This document shows, one piece after another, positions 31,565 to 42,921 of a stretch of 64,000 nt of DNA. The DNA is taken from positions 203,175 to 267,174 of the forward strand of contig JBCNUU010000001.1 in the NCBI GenBank assembly GCA_039630545.1. Reading direction: 5' to 3'. The stretch comes from Endomicrobiia bacterium (lineage in GTDB: Bacteria > Elusimicrobiota > Endomicrobiia > DTEH01). Within the stretch, counting starts at the first letter, position 1. Every line of letters begins with the position of its first letter. The position numbers and the translations under genes are program-made. The notes below the pieces were generated by a model, which saw only the letters and a program-made list of their open reading frames with translations, was not told where the DNA came from and searched no databases.

Positions 31565-32911
31565 ATGGCACGTAAAACTTTTGTGTTAGATACAAATGTT
31601 TTATTGCATGATCCGGAAGCGATGTTTGTATTTGCAGATAACAAAGTAGTAATTCCTATGACAGTTATAGAAGAGTTAGATATATTAAAAAGACGTAATG
31701 ATGAACTAGGTAGAAATTCAAGGTTAATTTCTCGAAAATTAGATATGCTTAGAAGTAAAGGTAGTTTAATCGAAGGAGTGACCCTTGAAAATGGAGGTTT
31801 AATAAAAATAGAACTTGATTGGGATAAGGAATTACCTGCGCACTTTATAGAAAATAAAGCTGACCACAGAATTTTAGCAGTTGCTTTAAGTTTAAAAAAA
31901 AGAGGTGAAAGAGTAATATTTATAACCAAAGACATAAATTTAAGAATAAAAGCAGAATCTTTAGGAATTACTACTCAAGATTATGAAAAAGCAAAAGTTC
32001 GTCCAGAAGCTGTTTATACAGGATTTAGAGAATTAGAAACATCTCAAGAGATAATAGATAAAATTTTTTCTTCAAAGAAAATTTCATTAGAAGATCTGCA
32101 GAAAAATGTGAGTATTGATTTATCTGAGGTTTATTTAAATGAATTTTTGATTTTAAAAAGTGGTAAGTCTCATAGTGTATTAATAAGAATAAAAAAGAAT
32201 AAAAAAACAAATGTAACTGAAGCTGAAGTTATACCATCTAAAGATATTAATGTACTTGGACTTAAACCTTTAAATGTTCAACAAAAATTTGCTATGGAGT
32301 TATTGTTGGATGATAATTTACATTTAGTGACTCTTATAGGTGTAGCAGGAGCTGGTAAAACACTTTTATCTTTAGGTTGCGGTTTACATAAAGTAATAGA
32401 AGAGAAGCTTTATAGAAGGTTATTAATCAGCAGACCCGTCGTACCTATGGGAAGAGATATTGGATATCTTCCTGGTACCAAAGAAGAGAAGCTTTCAAGC
32501 TGGATGGGAGCTATTTACGATAATTTAGATTTTTTAGTTGGGAAGATGTACAAATATGATTCTGAGAAATTACAGTCAACTATAGAGTATTTTTTCAATT
32601 CTGGACTTATAGAAGTAGAAGCTTTGACTTATTTAAGAGGAAGAAGTTTACCAAATCAGTTTTTTATAATTGATGATGCGCAAAATTTGACTCCTCATGA
32701 AGTTAAAACTATAATATCTCGTGCTGGAGAAAACACAAAAATAGTTTTAACTGGCGATCCATTTCAGATCGATAATCCTTATCTTGATGCTTCTTCCAAT
32801 GGACTTGTTTATTTAGTAGATAAATTTAAGGGTCAGGAAATTTTTGGTCATATAACTTTCACAAAAACAGAAAGGAGTCAGTTGGCAGCTTTAGCTGCTG
32901 AATTATTGTAA
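31565..32911 (+). CDS. PIN-PhoH fusion (PhoH2/YlaK-like RNase-helicase)
   Basis: FVLDTNVLLHDP, VIEELD, D.RIL, ITKDINLRIKA (PIN); G.AGAGKT, RPVVPMG.DIGYLPG, LRGRS, DDAQN, GDP.QID. Confidence 0.93.
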   Translation: MARKTFVLDTNVLLHDPEAMFVFADNKVVIPMTVIEELDILKRRNDELGRNSRLISRKLDMLRSKGSLIEGVTLENGGLIKIELDWDKELPAHFIENKADHRILAVALSLKKRGERVIFITKDINLRIKAESLGITTQDYEKAKVRPEAVYTGFRELETSQEIIDKIFSSKKISLEDLQKNVSIDLSEVYLNEFLILKSGKSHSVLIRIKKNKKTNVTEAEVIPSKDINVLGLKPLNVQQKFAMELLLDDNLHLVTLIGVAGAGKTLLSLGCGLHKVIEEKLYRRLLISRPVVPMGRDIGYLPGTKEEKLSSWMGAIYDNLDFLVGKMYKYDSEKLQSTIEYFFNSGLIEVEALTYLRGRSLPNQFFIIDDAQNLTPHEVKTIISRAGENTKIVLTGDPFQIDNPYLDASSNGLVYLVDKFKGQEIFGHITFTKTERSQLAALAAELL

Positions 32912-33763
32912 ATGGATAATAAATATGTTGATTTACATGTTCATACGATTTATTCTGATAGTAATTTGTCACCTAGGGATTTAATAGAACATGCTATAAA
33001 ATTGGAACTTTCTGCTGTAGCTATTACTGATCATGATACTACTGATGGTATAGAACAAACTCTTAAAGAGGCAGATAAATATAGTTTAGAAATAGTTCCT
33101 GGTGTAGAAATTTCAGCTGCTTTTGATGGTTCATCTGAAAATGAGATACACATATTAGGTTATTATATAGATTGGCAAAATGAAGAATTACAGAAGAAAT
33201 TGAGTTTTTTCCGTAAAGCCAGGATAGAAAGAGCTTACAAGATATTAGAAAGACTTAATCTTTTGGGAATGAAAATTAAACCTGAGGATGTGTTTAATCT
33301 TACTACTAAAGATGCCAGTATAGGAAGGTTACATTTTGCAAGAATTCTTTTACAGCAGAAAAAAGTAAGTTCTATAAAAGAAGCTTTTGAAATGTATCTT
33401 GGGTACGGACGTCCTGCTTTTGTTCCTAAAATAATGTTTAAGACCGAAGAAGCTATTTCTACAATAATAAAAGCAAAAGGGATTCCTGTTTTGGCACATC
33501 CTTATATTAGTATTTATAACGATATTGAGTGTTTAAAAAAGTTAATTAAACAGGGTATAAAAGGTATAGAAGTGTTTCATTCTTCTCATCATAAAAACAT
33601 TGAAGAAGAACTTATGATCATTGCTGAAAAATATGGCTTGTTAATAACAGGAGGAAGTGATTGTCATGGTAAGTTAGATAATTTTGAGCCACTTTTAGGT
33701 AGTGTAAAAATTCCTTATACTTACTTAGAAAATTTAAAAATTTATAAAGAAAGGTTAATTTGA
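32912..33763 (+). CDS. PHP-domain phosphoesterase (YciV/TrpH-like)
   Basis: DLHVHTIYSD, AITDHD, PGVEIS, HILGY, LAHP, TGGSDCHG. Confidence 0.92.
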   Translation: MDNKYVDLHVHTIYSDSNLSPRDLIEHAIKLELSAVAITDHDTTDGIEQTLKEADKYSLEIVPGVEISAAFDGSSENEIHILGYYIDWQNEELQKKLSFFRKARIERAYKILERLNLLGMKIKPEDVFNLTTKDASIGRLHFARILLQQKKVSSIKEAFEMYLGYGRPAFVPKIMFKTEEAISTIIKAKGIPVLAHPYISIYNDIECLKKLIKQGIKGIEVFHSSHHKNIEEELMIIAEKYGLLITGGSDCHGKLDNFEPLLGSVKIPYTYLENLKIYKERLI

Positions 33764-33805
33764 AGTATTGAATTTTTTTATTAATTTTTTATAAAAATTA
33801 AAAAT

Positions 33806-36298
33806 ATGAATAAATTTTCAGACAGGGCACAAAAAGTAATTCTAATAGCTCAAGAAGAAGCACGAAGATTAAATCATGATTACGTAGGCACAGAACATCT
33901 TTTACTGGGTCTTGTATCTATAGGCGAGGGTTTAGCTGTTCAAATTCTTATCAACTTAGGTGTGGATTTAAGAAAAATAAAAAGTGAAATAGAAAAAATA
34001 GTTCAACCTGATGAAAATGTTATGGTTTTGGGTGAAATTCCATTTTCTCCACGGGCAAAAAAGGTGTTAGAATATGCTGTTGAAGAAGCAAATAATATGG
34101 GACACATTTATGTTGGGACAGAACATATTCTTTTAGGATTACTTAGAGAAAAAGACGGAGTTGCTGCAAGAGTATTAGAGTATTTAGGAGTCACTTACGA
34201 AGATGTACAGAGTGAGATTTTTTCTATTCTTGGAGAACATGATAGTACAATTTCTTTTCTTAAGTCTCATGCTAAAACTGCAAAGATTAAAAAGCTTAAA
34301 ACACCTACATTAGATGAATTTAGTAGAGATCTAACTCAATTAGCGAAGGAAGGTCAGCTTGATCCTGTAATAGGTAGAGAAGAAGAAATTGAAAGAGTAA
34401 TTCAAATATTATCTCGTAGAACAAAAAATAATCCTGTATTAATTGGTGATCCTGGTGTAGGAAAAACTGCTATAGTTGAAGGTTTAGCACAAAAGATTGT
34501 AAGTGGCGATGTTCCAGAGATTCTTCAAAATAAGAGAGTAGTAAGTTTAGATCTTGGTGCCATAATTGCTGGGACTAAATATCGTGGAGAATTTGAACAG
34601 AGATTAAAGAATATCATTGAAGAAATTCGTAGAAGTAAAAATAGTGTAATTCTCTTTATAGATGAACTTCATACTGTAATAGGAGCAGGTGCAGCAGAGG
34701 GTGCTGTAGACGCATCAAATATGTTAAAACCTGTTCTTGCTAGAGGTGAACTTCAATGTATAGGTGCTACTACTATAGACGAATATAGAAAATACATAGA
34801 ACGAGATGCAGCATTAGAAAGAAGATTCCAGCCTATTTTAGTAGAACCTCCAACAGTAGAAGAAACTATTCGGATTCTAATGGGTATAAAAGATAAGTAT
34901 GAAAAACACCATAAAGTAAAATATACTCAAGAAGCTTTAGTAGCAGCGGCAGAATTATCCGATAGGTATATTTCGGATAGATTTTTGCCTGATAAAGCAA
35001 TAGATTTGATAGACGAGGCAGGAAGTAAATTAAAATTAAGAACTACACAGTTACCAGAAGAAATAAAATTGAAAATAGAAGAATTGGAACAAGTTGTGAA
35101 ACTTAAAGAAGAAGCTTCACAAAATCAAAATTTCGAGGAGGCAGCAAAATATAGAACAAAAGAGATGTTACTAAAAAAACAGATTGAGGAAATGAAAAAA
35201 CAGTGGAGACAAAAAAGAGAAGAAACTATCCCTGAAGTTACTGCGGATGATATCTCTCAGATTGTTTCTAAATGGACAGGTATTCCTGTAAGCAGAATTA
35301 CTCAGCAAGAAAGTCAAAAGCTTCTTGAAATAGAAAAAGAATTGCACAAAAGAATAATAGGGCAAGAAGAGGCAGTAAGAGTTGTGGCTAATGCTATAAG
35401 ACGTTCAAGAACAGGAATAAGAGATCCTAAAAAACCAATTGGAAGTTTTTTGTTTTTAGGTCCTACTGGTGTAGGTAAAACAGAACTTGCAAAGGCATTA
35501 GCTGAATTTTTGTTTGGTAATGAAGATTTTATTGTAAGAATTGATATGTCAGAATATACTGAAAAATTTAATGTCTCAAGACTTATAGGTGCTCCACCAG
35601 GTTATGTTGGATATGAAGAGGGTGGAGTTTTAACAGAAAGAATAAGAAGAAGACCTTATTCAGTTGTGTTGTTAGATGAGATTGAAAAAGCACACCCTGA
35701 TGTGTTTAATATCTTACTTCAGATAATGGATAATGGCATTTTGAATGATAGTTTGGGACACAAAGTAAGTTTTAAAAACGTAGTATTAATAATGACATCT
35801 AATATAGGTGCAAAACTTATTTATAAAGGAAAATCCATAGGGTTTGTTCAAAGCAATAATCAAGAAGCTGAATACAAGAATATGAAAGAGCTATTAACAG
35901 AAGAATTAAAAAAGACATTTAATCCAGAATTTTTAAACAGAATAGATGAAATTGTAGTATTTAAACCACTTACTAAAGAGGAGATGGAAAAGATATTAGA
36001 TTTGATGATAGAAAGACTCAAAGAAAGACTAAAAAAGAAAAACATTGAACTATTTCTTACTAACGATGCAAAGCAGTTTTTGTTACAAAAAGGATTTGAT
36101 GAATATTATGGAGCAAGACCATTACAAAGAGTAATTCAGAAATATATAGAGAATGTTATAGCAGAAGAAGTACTTTTAAGATACTCTTATTCTAACACTG
36201 ACAAGATGTTGAAAATTTTTGCTTCTCTTGATGCTGACAATGAAAAAATTAAGTTAGAAGTAGGAGATATGTTTAAGGATATTAAAGAATTTACTTAA
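33806..36298 (+). CDS. clpC: ATP-dependent Clp protease ATP-binding subunit ClpC
   Basis: Two Clp-N repeats, GDPGVGKT and GPTGVGKT Walker A motifs, UVR coiled coil, SIGF ClpP-binding loop. Confidence 0.96.
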   Translation: MNKFSDRAQKVILIAQEEARRLNHDYVGTEHLLLGLVSIGEGLAVQILINLGVDLRKIKSEIEKIVQPDENVMVLGEIPFSPRAKKVLEYAVEEANNMGHIYVGTEHILLGLLREKDGVAARVLEYLGVTYEDVQSEIFSILGEHDSTISFLKSHAKTAKIKKLKTPTLDEFSRDLTQLAKEGQLDPVIGREEEIERVIQILSRRTKNNPVLIGDPGVGKTAIVEGLAQKIVSGDVPEILQNKRVVSLDLGAIIAGTKYRGEFEQRLKNIIEEIRRSKNSVILFIDELHTVIGAGAAEGAVDASNMLKPVLARGELQCIGATTIDEYRKYIERDAALERRFQPILVEPPTVEETIRILMGIKDKYEKHHKVKYTQEALVAAAELSDRYISDRFLPDKAIDLIDEAGSKLKLRTTQLPEEIKLKIEELEQVVKLKEEASQNQNFEEAAKYRTKEMLLKKQIEEMKKQWRQKREETIPEVTADDISQIVSKWTGIPVSRITQQESQKLLEIEKELHKRIIGQEEAVRVVANAIRRSRTGIRDPKKPIGSFLFLGPTGVGKTELAKALAEFLFGNEDFIVRIDMSEYTEKFNVSRLIGAPPGYVGYEEGGVLTERIRRRPYSVVLLDEIEKAHPDVFNILLQIMDNGILNDSLGHKVSFKNVVLIMTSNIGAKLIYKGKSIGFVQSNNQEAEYKNMKELLTEELKKTFNPEFLNRIDEIVVFKPLTKEEMEKILDLMIERLKERLKKKNIELFLTNDAKQFLLQKGFDEYYGARPLQRVIQKYIENVIAEEVLLRYSYSNTDKMLKIFASLDADNEKIKLEVGDMFKDIKEFT

Positions 36299-36334
36299 CT
36301 TCTTCCCAAAAGTATAATAAAAAATTGCACTACT

Positions 36335-36360
36335 TACAGATTAACATTATCTGTATCTTT
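36335..36360 (+). terminator. Possible weak intrinsic terminator after clpC
   Basis: TACAGAT..ATCTGTA 7-bp stem followed by TCTTT; AT-rich, so weak. Confidence 0.25.
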
Positions 36361-36377
36361 AAAGTTAAAGCTTAAGA

Positions 36378-39300
36378 ATGAAAAAAATCAAGACAGTAGC
36401 ATATATTTTCTTTTTTATTTTTTTGTTTCATATAGTAGTGAATTTTTTTCTTATTTTATATAGGCCAAATTTAGAAAAAAATTTTTTTTCAAATTTTAAA
36501 ATAAAGCATCTTTACTACATTTTTCCAAATATATTTTTTGCAAAAGATATATATATTTTTTCAAATACTTACTCTATTTATGTTAAAAGATCTCTTATCT
36601 TTTTAAACATTATTGAAATTTTTAAAAAAAATTTCACAGTAAATGCATTAAAAGCAAGAAATATTTCTTTGGAAATTTTAAATATAGAAAATAAAAGTTT
36701 CAAAAATTTAACTCCAGATTTGCTGCAGCATTATATAACAAACTTTTTGTATCTCTTTCCAACAAGAGCTTCTATTAAAAATATAAGCATAAAATATAAC
36801 ACGCATACAATTTTGATTGATAAGGCTATTAGACTAATGCAAAAGAAAAAAGAAATTAGTTCATTTCAAATAAGTGGACGTTGGAATAAAATTAGATTTG
36901 ATTTAAATATAGATATTTCAAATAAAAAAAATAAATGGTTTGTTAAAAGCAAAGTTTTTTTGGGAGATTTTAATTTGGGGATAGATAATATAGAACTAAA
37001 AATATTTGGTGATTTTGATTTGTCAAAACCAAAGCCTTACATTTTAAGCATAAATAAAAATAATTCAAAATACGAAATTATAAAGGGAAATGTTAATTTT
37101 TTCCCTTTAGAAGTAATTGGAAATATATATACCAATATAACAAAAGGAGTTGTTTTGTTTTATAAAGATGAAGAAAGTTTGAAAATTGACTACAGTGGTG
37201 TTTTTAGTTTCAAACTACCAAAATTTTTGAAAAACTTTACAATTCAAGAAGTCAAAACTGATTTAAATTTTATATTTCTAAAATCAGGCTATAAATTAAT
37301 TTCTAAAATTTCTCATGATAAATTTGATTTTAGAGTAAATATAGAAAACGATAAAGGTTTTGGTTATATTTTATATTCTTCAAACAATATTCCGTTTAGT
37401 GTATCATTGAATGATAAAACTCTTCATGTTTTCAATAGTTCAGCTAGATACCCATTAAATTTAAAATTTAATGTTTCTCAAAAAAATATGTTTTCAACGG
37501 AAGGAAGAATTTTTAATTATTTGACCGATGTAAAATTAAAAAGATGTGCCGGCTGTTTAGAGATAAAAGGCGATGCTTCTTCTGAGAATCATAAGATAAA
37601 AATTAATTTTTTTACAGGTTTTTCTAGCAGTTCTGTAAAGTTAATTTATGAAGATATTAAAAAAAATTCTTACTTTTCTTATGATTCTTTTTTAATGGAC
37701 GACAAATTAAATTTTACCATGTTATCTAAAAAATTAAAAATCTCATATTTTGATGAGTTAAGTTTTTCAACTAAAGGAGAAGTAAAAAATATTAAAAAAA
37801 ATAATCTATATCTTTTAAACATTCTAGTGAAGGATTTGTATTATAAAAATCACAAGATAACAGATAATTTATCTATTTATGGCAAAGTAGATAAAAAAAA
37901 TGTTAATTTTCAATTCACCAACGAAAGCTGTAGTGGAGATTTTATATATGATATAACAAAAAATTATGGAAATTTAGAATTTAACATTGATAGAAAAAAA
38001 CTTCAGATAGGTAAGTTTAGAACAAATTTTCTCTGTTACTTGCAAGTTCAGATTAAACAAAATTTTTTCAATCTAAGTGGTCAATACAAATTTGATAATC
38101 TATCTTATGACAATATAAAAATTTTAAATTTTTCTAAAGGAGAAATTAAATCTTTTCTAAATAGTATAATTTTAAATGGTAAATTATCAACAAAAGAAAA
38201 TCGCATTATAGATTATGACGCAATTTATGACTTTTCAAAAAAAGAAATAATTTTGAAAATTAAAAACATTGGTTTTTTGTCTAATTTTAAAGATCTTGAT
38301 TTGTTTAGTCTTGAAATAACTTCCAAGGTAGAAAAACCTTTTTCTTTAAATAAATTTGATTTGTCAGGAAAAATATATAATGAAAATAGTGAAATTTTGA
38401 TATCTTCTGCTAATGTATCTTTAATTAATGAATATATAAAAGCATACTTCAGAATTAAAAATCTAAAAATTGAAAATGTTAATTTTGTAGGAAATGCAGA
38501 GCTTGTAGTTAAGAATTATTTTAAAAATTTAAAAGAAATTACACTATGTTTTAATGATTTATGGATAAATGAGTATTTCGTCAATGATAAAATATTTTTG
38601 AATTTTATATATAATTCATTAACAAAAGAAGTAATTTTTGTTGCAGATTCCGATATAGAAACATGTTTATATACAAAAGGTAAAATTTCTTTTCTTAAAA
38701 AATTTATAAAATTTACAAATTTTTCCATATTTGACAAAACTAGAGAATATGTATTATGCAATGGCAACGCAGGTGCTAACAATGATGTTCTTAATATAAA
38801 TATCTCTAAAGTGCCATTAAATTTGATAAAAAGTTTTTTTAGCCTTCCAGTGTATATAAATGGTTTTGTATCTTCTGAGATTAAAGTGTTAACAGTAGAT
38901 GCCAATAAGAAATTATATCAACTAACTTCTGAATTTATTGTGAGTGATATGGATATAGAAACGATAAAAATAAAGAATATTTTAGGTAAGTTATCTTTTT
39001 ATAATAATTTTTTGAATTTAGAAAAAATAGAAGTTATTTTTGAAAAGGATAAAAGAATAGATATAAGAGGCTTTTACAATTTAATTTCTAAAAACATAAA
39101 TTTAAGTTTAACTTCTTATAAATGTGATATTTCATTATTTAATGGTTTTCAAAATATAGTTGATAAAGCAAATGGTAATTTTATTTTGGTTTTTAATATC
39201 ACTGGCAATATAAATTCTCCAAGGATGAATGGATATTTTAATATAACGAAAGGAAGAATAGAGTTTAAAGAATATCTTAAGTATGTAGATAACTTAGACA

Positions 39301-40583
39301 TCAGAGTATTATTTAACAATAAAGATATAAAAATAGAAAAATTTTCTGGTAGTTATGAAAACACAAATTTTAATATTAATGGCAAAATAGAATTATTTAA
39401 AAGTTATACATTAAACATAAAAACCACTGGGGGCGATGGTATTTTTGTTAAAATTCCTCAACTTACTTTTCCTGTTAGTAAATTTTTCAAAATAATAAAA
39501 GGAGAAAAATTTTTTCCTTCTAATGGCAATATTCATTTAGATATTTCTATACTTAAAAAAGAAAAAGAAGAAAAACCTTTTGTTTCAGGAAGTATTATTC
39601 TTAATAATACTCACTTTACCTATCCTGGCGTTGAAAAAAAAGGTAAATTTTATTCTTTTGGTTTTTATCATAACATAGATCTCATAGCAAACAACAATGT
39701 CTGGTACGAAAATGAGTATTTATCTGCTAATATTACAGGAAAAGTAAATTTTTATTATAATGCAGGTATGGATAAAATGAATATAAACGGCGAAATAGAA
39801 GCAATGAGAGGTAAAATAGATTTTTTAAATAATAACTTCACTTTAACTTCAGGAAGATTAGAAATAATAAACAGAAATGTATATATAGAACTTACAGGTG
39901 GAATGGATATTCTAACTAGCGAAAGAGAAAAAATTCCTGTAAATTTAGTAATAGAAAGAAATAAAATTGAAGAAGTAAAACCAAAGTTAGTTTCTCCTTT
40001 ATATCCTGAATTAAAAACAGAAGAACTTACAGCTTTGATGTTGGGCTTAGGCAAAGTTCAAAAAGAAGGTGATAAAATTTCTATATTGTCCTCAGAGAAA
40101 ATAGATTATCTACCTATTTTAAGAACACAGCTGATAAGAATGATTGATTCTTCCTTTGCGACTCCTGTAGCAAAAAATATTCTAAAAAGATGGGGTATAG
40201 CAGATAATTTCCGGATTGTAGCTATAGAATCTTCTGACAAGACATTTAAAGATGATACTTTACAATCAAACACATCTTCTGATAGTGATAAGTTTAAAGT
40301 ATCAGATTTATTTAAAGATACCAAATATATAATAGAAAAATATCTTACACCAGATATGATAATAAGTTATAGTTTAACACTGGCAGAGATCCAAAATAGA
40401 CTTAATTTGAAACACGAGTTGGAAGTAAGCTATAGATTAAAAAACAATATTTTTATAAAAGGTTTATATGATTACAGTATAAAAGACTATAATACAAACC
40501 AATATGCTCCTAATATAAGTGTTATGGTACAGCCTACATTTAAATTTAAAAGTTGGGAAGAAGAAGAAAAAGAAAGTAAATAA
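36378..40583 (+). CDS. TamB/AsmA-like translocation and lipid-transfer protein (1401 aa)
   Basis: N-terminal TM anchor, long beta-rich body, ITGNINSPRMNG and C-terminal DUF490-like region (G.IEAMRGKIDFL...F....G). Confidence 0.7.
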   Translation: MKKIKTVAYIFFFIFLFHIVVNFFLILYRPNLEKNFFSNFKIKHLYYIFPNIFFAKDIYIFSNTYSIYVKRSLIFLNIIEIFKKNFTVNALKARNISLEILNIENKSFKNLTPDLLQHYITNFLYLFPTRASIKNISIKYNTHTILIDKAIRLMQKKKEISSFQISGRWNKIRFDLNIDISNKKNKWFVKSKVFLGDFNLGIDNIELKIFGDFDLSKPKPYILSINKNNSKYEIIKGNVNFFPLEVIGNIYTNITKGVVLFYKDEESLKIDYSGVFSFKLPKFLKNFTIQEVKTDLNFIFLKSGYKLISKISHDKFDFRVNIENDKGFGYILYSSNNIPFSVSLNDKTLHVFNSSARYPLNLKFNVSQKNMFSTEGRIFNYLTDVKLKRCAGCLEIKGDASSENHKIKINFFTGFSSSSVKLIYEDIKKNSYFSYDSFLMDDKLNFTMLSKKLKISYFDELSFSTKGEVKNIKKNNLYLLNILVKDLYYKNHKITDNLSIYGKVDKKNVNFQFTNESCSGDFIYDITKNYGNLEFNIDRKKLQIGKFRTNFLCYLQVQIKQNFFNLSGQYKFDNLSYDNIKILNFSKGEIKSFLNSIILNGKLSTKENRIIDYDAIYDFSKKEIILKIKNIGFLSNFKDLDLFSLEITSKVEKPFSLNKFDLSGKIYNENSEILISSANVSLINEYIKAYFRIKNLKIENVNFVGNAELVVKNYFKNLKEITLCFNDLWINEYFVNDKIFLNFIYNSLTKEVIFVADSDIETCLYTKGKISFLKKFIKFTNFSIFDKTREYVLCNGNAGANNDVLNINISKVPLNLIKSFFSLPVYINGFVSSEIKVLTVDANKKLYQLTSEFIVSDMDIETIKIKNILGKLSFYNNFLNLEKIEVIFEKDKRIDIRGFYNLISKNINLSLTSYKCDISLFNGFQNIVDKANGNFILVFNITGNINSPRMNGYFNITKGRIEFKEYLKYVDNLDIRVLFNNKDIKIEKFSGSYENTNFNINGKIELFKSYTLNIKTTGGDGIFVKIPQLTFPVSKFFKIIKGEKFFPSNGNIHLDISILKKEKEEKPFVSGSIILNNTHFTYPGVEKKGKFYSFGFYHNIDLIANNNVWYENEYLSANITGKVNFYYNAGMDKMNINGEIEAMRGKIDFLNNNFTLTSGRLEIINRNVYIELTGGMDILTSEREKIPVNLVIERNKIEEVKPKLVSPLYPELKTEELTALMLGLGKVQKEGDKISILSSEKIDYLPILRTQLIRMIDSSFATPVAKNILKRWGIADNFRIVAIESSDKTFKDDTLQSNTSSDSDKFKVSDLFKDTKYIIEKYLTPDMIISYSLTLAEIQNRLNLKHELEVSYRLKNNIFIKGLYDYSIKDYNTNQYAPNISVMVQPTFKFKSWEEEEKESK

Positions 40584-40594
40584 TTTTACAAAAA

Positions 40595-41062
40595 ATGAAA
40601 GTAATTATAAAATATTATAAAAAAATTTTATTAATTTTTTTGGGCATAGTGTTTGTTTATTTGGCTATATATATAGATGTATATCTTAGAGCAAAACAAG
40701 CATATTATAATGCAGAAAAATATATGGATTGGTATTATCATCCAGATAAAAAAGAAAAGTATCTTAAAGAAAAGTATGAAAAAGAAAAAAAAGAACTGGA
40801 AGAGTTATTTTCTAAAGGCAAAATATCTCAAGAAGAATATAAGATAAAATTAGAACTTATAGAGTTTAACAGAGAATTCCAGCTAAATGAAAGTTCGTTG
40901 AAATATGCTTACATATGGTACAAGACAGCAATAGATCTTTTTTCGAAGCCGGAATCTAAGTGGGTAAAACTTGCAAGGGAAAAAATAAAAAAAGTTAAAG
41001 AACTATGGAAAGAAGAATTAAAACAAAAAGGATATGAAGTAGAAGATTATATGCTGGAATAA
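40595..41062 (+). CDS. Membrane-anchored hypothetical protein with SHOCT-like motif
   Basis: N-terminal TM; LEELFSKGKISQEEYKIK. Confidence 0.55.
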   Translation: MKVIIKYYKKILLIFLGIVFVYLAIYIDVYLRAKQAYYNAEKYMDWYYHPDKKEKYLKEKYEKEKKELEELFSKGKISQEEYKIKLELIEFNREFQLNESSLKYAYIWYKTAIDLFSKPESKWVKLAREKIKKVKELWKEELKQKGYEVEDYMLE

Positions 41063-41064
41063 TT

Positions 41065-41928
41065 ATGAGCAAAAAAAGTTTAAATTTTATTATTTTGACT
41101 TTTGGCTTAAGTTTTATTTTTACAGGAATTTTTAAACTTTTAGGAGGTAGATTGTCTATTGCTAATCCTTTAACAGGATTAGTAGGTGTTATATATATGT
41201 TTTGCCCATTTTGTGCAGTAATGATATTAGAGAAGTTTTCTTATGTAAAAATAAAACAAAAATGTGCTGTTAATTTTAACTTTAATTTTTGGTATATGGT
41301 AGCTTTATTTTTACCCTTTTTGCTTTCCTTTGCTTCTTTTGGAGTAGCAACTTTCTTTCCTGGTGTTGAAGTTTCTTACGATATGGAAGGTTTTTTTGAA
41401 AGGTTGTCAAAAACATTAGATGATAGACAAATAAATCACATAAGACAACAACTTAATGAATATCCTTTTAACCCTTTAATTTTTTGGATATTTAGTGCCA
41501 TATTTTTTTCATTAACTATAAATGCTTTTGTTGCATTTGGAGAAGAAATTGGATGGCGTGGTTATTTATTTGATGAGTTAATTCAAAAATTTAATTTTTG
41601 GCAGTCATCTTTAATTATTGGAGTTATCTGGGGATTGTGGCATGCTCCGTTAGTTTTACAGGGTCATAACTATCCTACTAATCCGTATTTAGGTGTAATC
41701 TGGATGATAATTTTTTGTGTATTATATTCTCCTATTTTTAATTTTATAAGGATAAAATCTAATTCTGTAATAGCACCTTCTATTTTACATGGAGCAGTAA
41801 ATGCTACTTATGGGTTTTCTATTTTGTTTTTAAAAGGAGGTAATGAATTTAGTGTAGGAATGCTTGGAGTGTCTGGTTTTATTTTATTAATGATAGTTGA
41901 TGTTATAATATGGTTATCTAAAGAATAA
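41065..41928 (+). CDS. CPBP (CAAX/Abi) family intramembrane metalloprotease
   Basis: GEEIGWRGYL, WGLWHAP, HGAVN. Confidence 0.92.
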   Translation: MSKKSLNFIILTFGLSFIFTGIFKLLGGRLSIANPLTGLVGVIYMFCPFCAVMILEKFSYVKIKQKCAVNFNFNFWYMVALFLPFLLSFASFGVATFFPGVEVSYDMEGFFERLSKTLDDRQINHIRQQLNEYPFNPLIFWIFSAIFFSLTINAFVAFGEEIGWRGYLFDELIQKFNFWQSSLIIGVIWGLWHAPLVLQGHNYPTNPYLGVIWMIIFCVLYSPIFNFIRIKSNSVIAPSILHGAVNATYGFSILFLKGGNEFSVGMLGVSGFILLMIVDVIIWLSKE

Positions 41929-41940
41929 AGGAGTTCAGAA

Positions 41941-42156
41941 ATGTGTATAGCAATTCCTATGAAAGTAATAAAAGTAGAAGAAAATTGGGCTGTATGTGAA
42001 TACGAAGGAATTAGGAAAACAGCTAGATTAGATTTAGTAAAAGATATTAAAGTAGGCGATTATGTTCTTATTCATGTCGGTTTTGTTATTCAAAAAATAG
42101 ATTTAGAAGAAGCATACAAAACTTTACAACTTTATAAAGAGCTTAAAAATATATAA
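41941..42156 (+). CDS. hypC: [NiFe]-hydrogenase maturation chaperone HypC
   Basis: [33 protein letters not shown]. Confidence 0.95.
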   Translation: MCIAIPMKVIKVEENWAVCEYEGIRKTARLDLVKDIKVGDYVLIHVGFVIQKIDLEEAYKTLQLYKELKNI

Positions 42157-42158
42157 AA

Positions 42159-42917
42159 ATGCATACAGTAAGAATAATTCCTTGTTTAGATGTAAAAGAC
42201 GGAAAAGTAGTTAAAGGGGTACACTTTAAAAATTTAAAATATGCAGGGAACCCTGTTGAACTTGCAAAATGGTATTCTCAAGAGGGTGCTGACGAATTGG
42301 TGTTTTTAGATATCACTGCTACTGTTGAAAAAAGGAAAATTATTTTAAAAGTAGTAAAAGAGACAGCAAGAAATGTATTTGTGCCACTTACTGTAGGTGG
42401 TGGTATAAAGACAATTAATGATATATATCACTTGTTAAACTCAGGGGCAGATAAAGTTGCTATAAACACAGCAGCGGTAATGAATCCTAAAATTATTGAA
42501 GAATCAGCTAAGAAATTTGGTTCGCAGTGTATTGTAGTAGCAATAGATGCAAAGTCAAGTAATCATAAAAGCTGGGAAGTTTATATTAAATCAGGAACTA
42601 CACCAACAGGTTTAGATGCAATTAAATGGGCAAAGACTGTAGAAAATATGGGAGCCGGTGAGATATTGCTTACAAGTATAGATGCTGATGGGACAAGGAC
42701 TGGATATGACATAGAACTTACAAAAGCGGTAGTTAAAAATGTAAAAATTCCTGTAATTGCTTCCGGTGGTGCAGGAAAAATTGAGGATTTTATAGAAGTG
42801 GTAAAGAAGACAAGCGTTTCAGCTGTACTTGCTGCTTCAGTTTTTCATTATAGAAAATTTTCTATTAAAAAAGTTAAAGAAGAAATGTATAAAGCAAATA
42901 TTCCGGTAAGGTTTTAA
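42159..42917 (+). CDS. hisF: Imidazole glycerol phosphate synthase cyclase subunit
   Basis: [47 protein letters not shown]. Confidence 0.98.
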   Translation: MHTVRIIPCLDVKDGKVVKGVHFKNLKYAGNPVELAKWYSQEGADELVFLDITATVEKRKIILKVVKETARNVFVPLTVGGGIKTINDIYHLLNSGADKVAINTAAVMNPKIIEESAKKFGSQCIVVAIDAKSSNHKSWEVYIKSGTTPTGLDAIKWAKTVENMGAGEILLTSIDADGTRTGYDIELTKAVVKNVKIPVIASGGAGKIEDFIEVVKKTSVSAVLAASVFHYRKFSIKKVKEEMYKANIPVRF

Positions 42918-42921
42918 TTTC

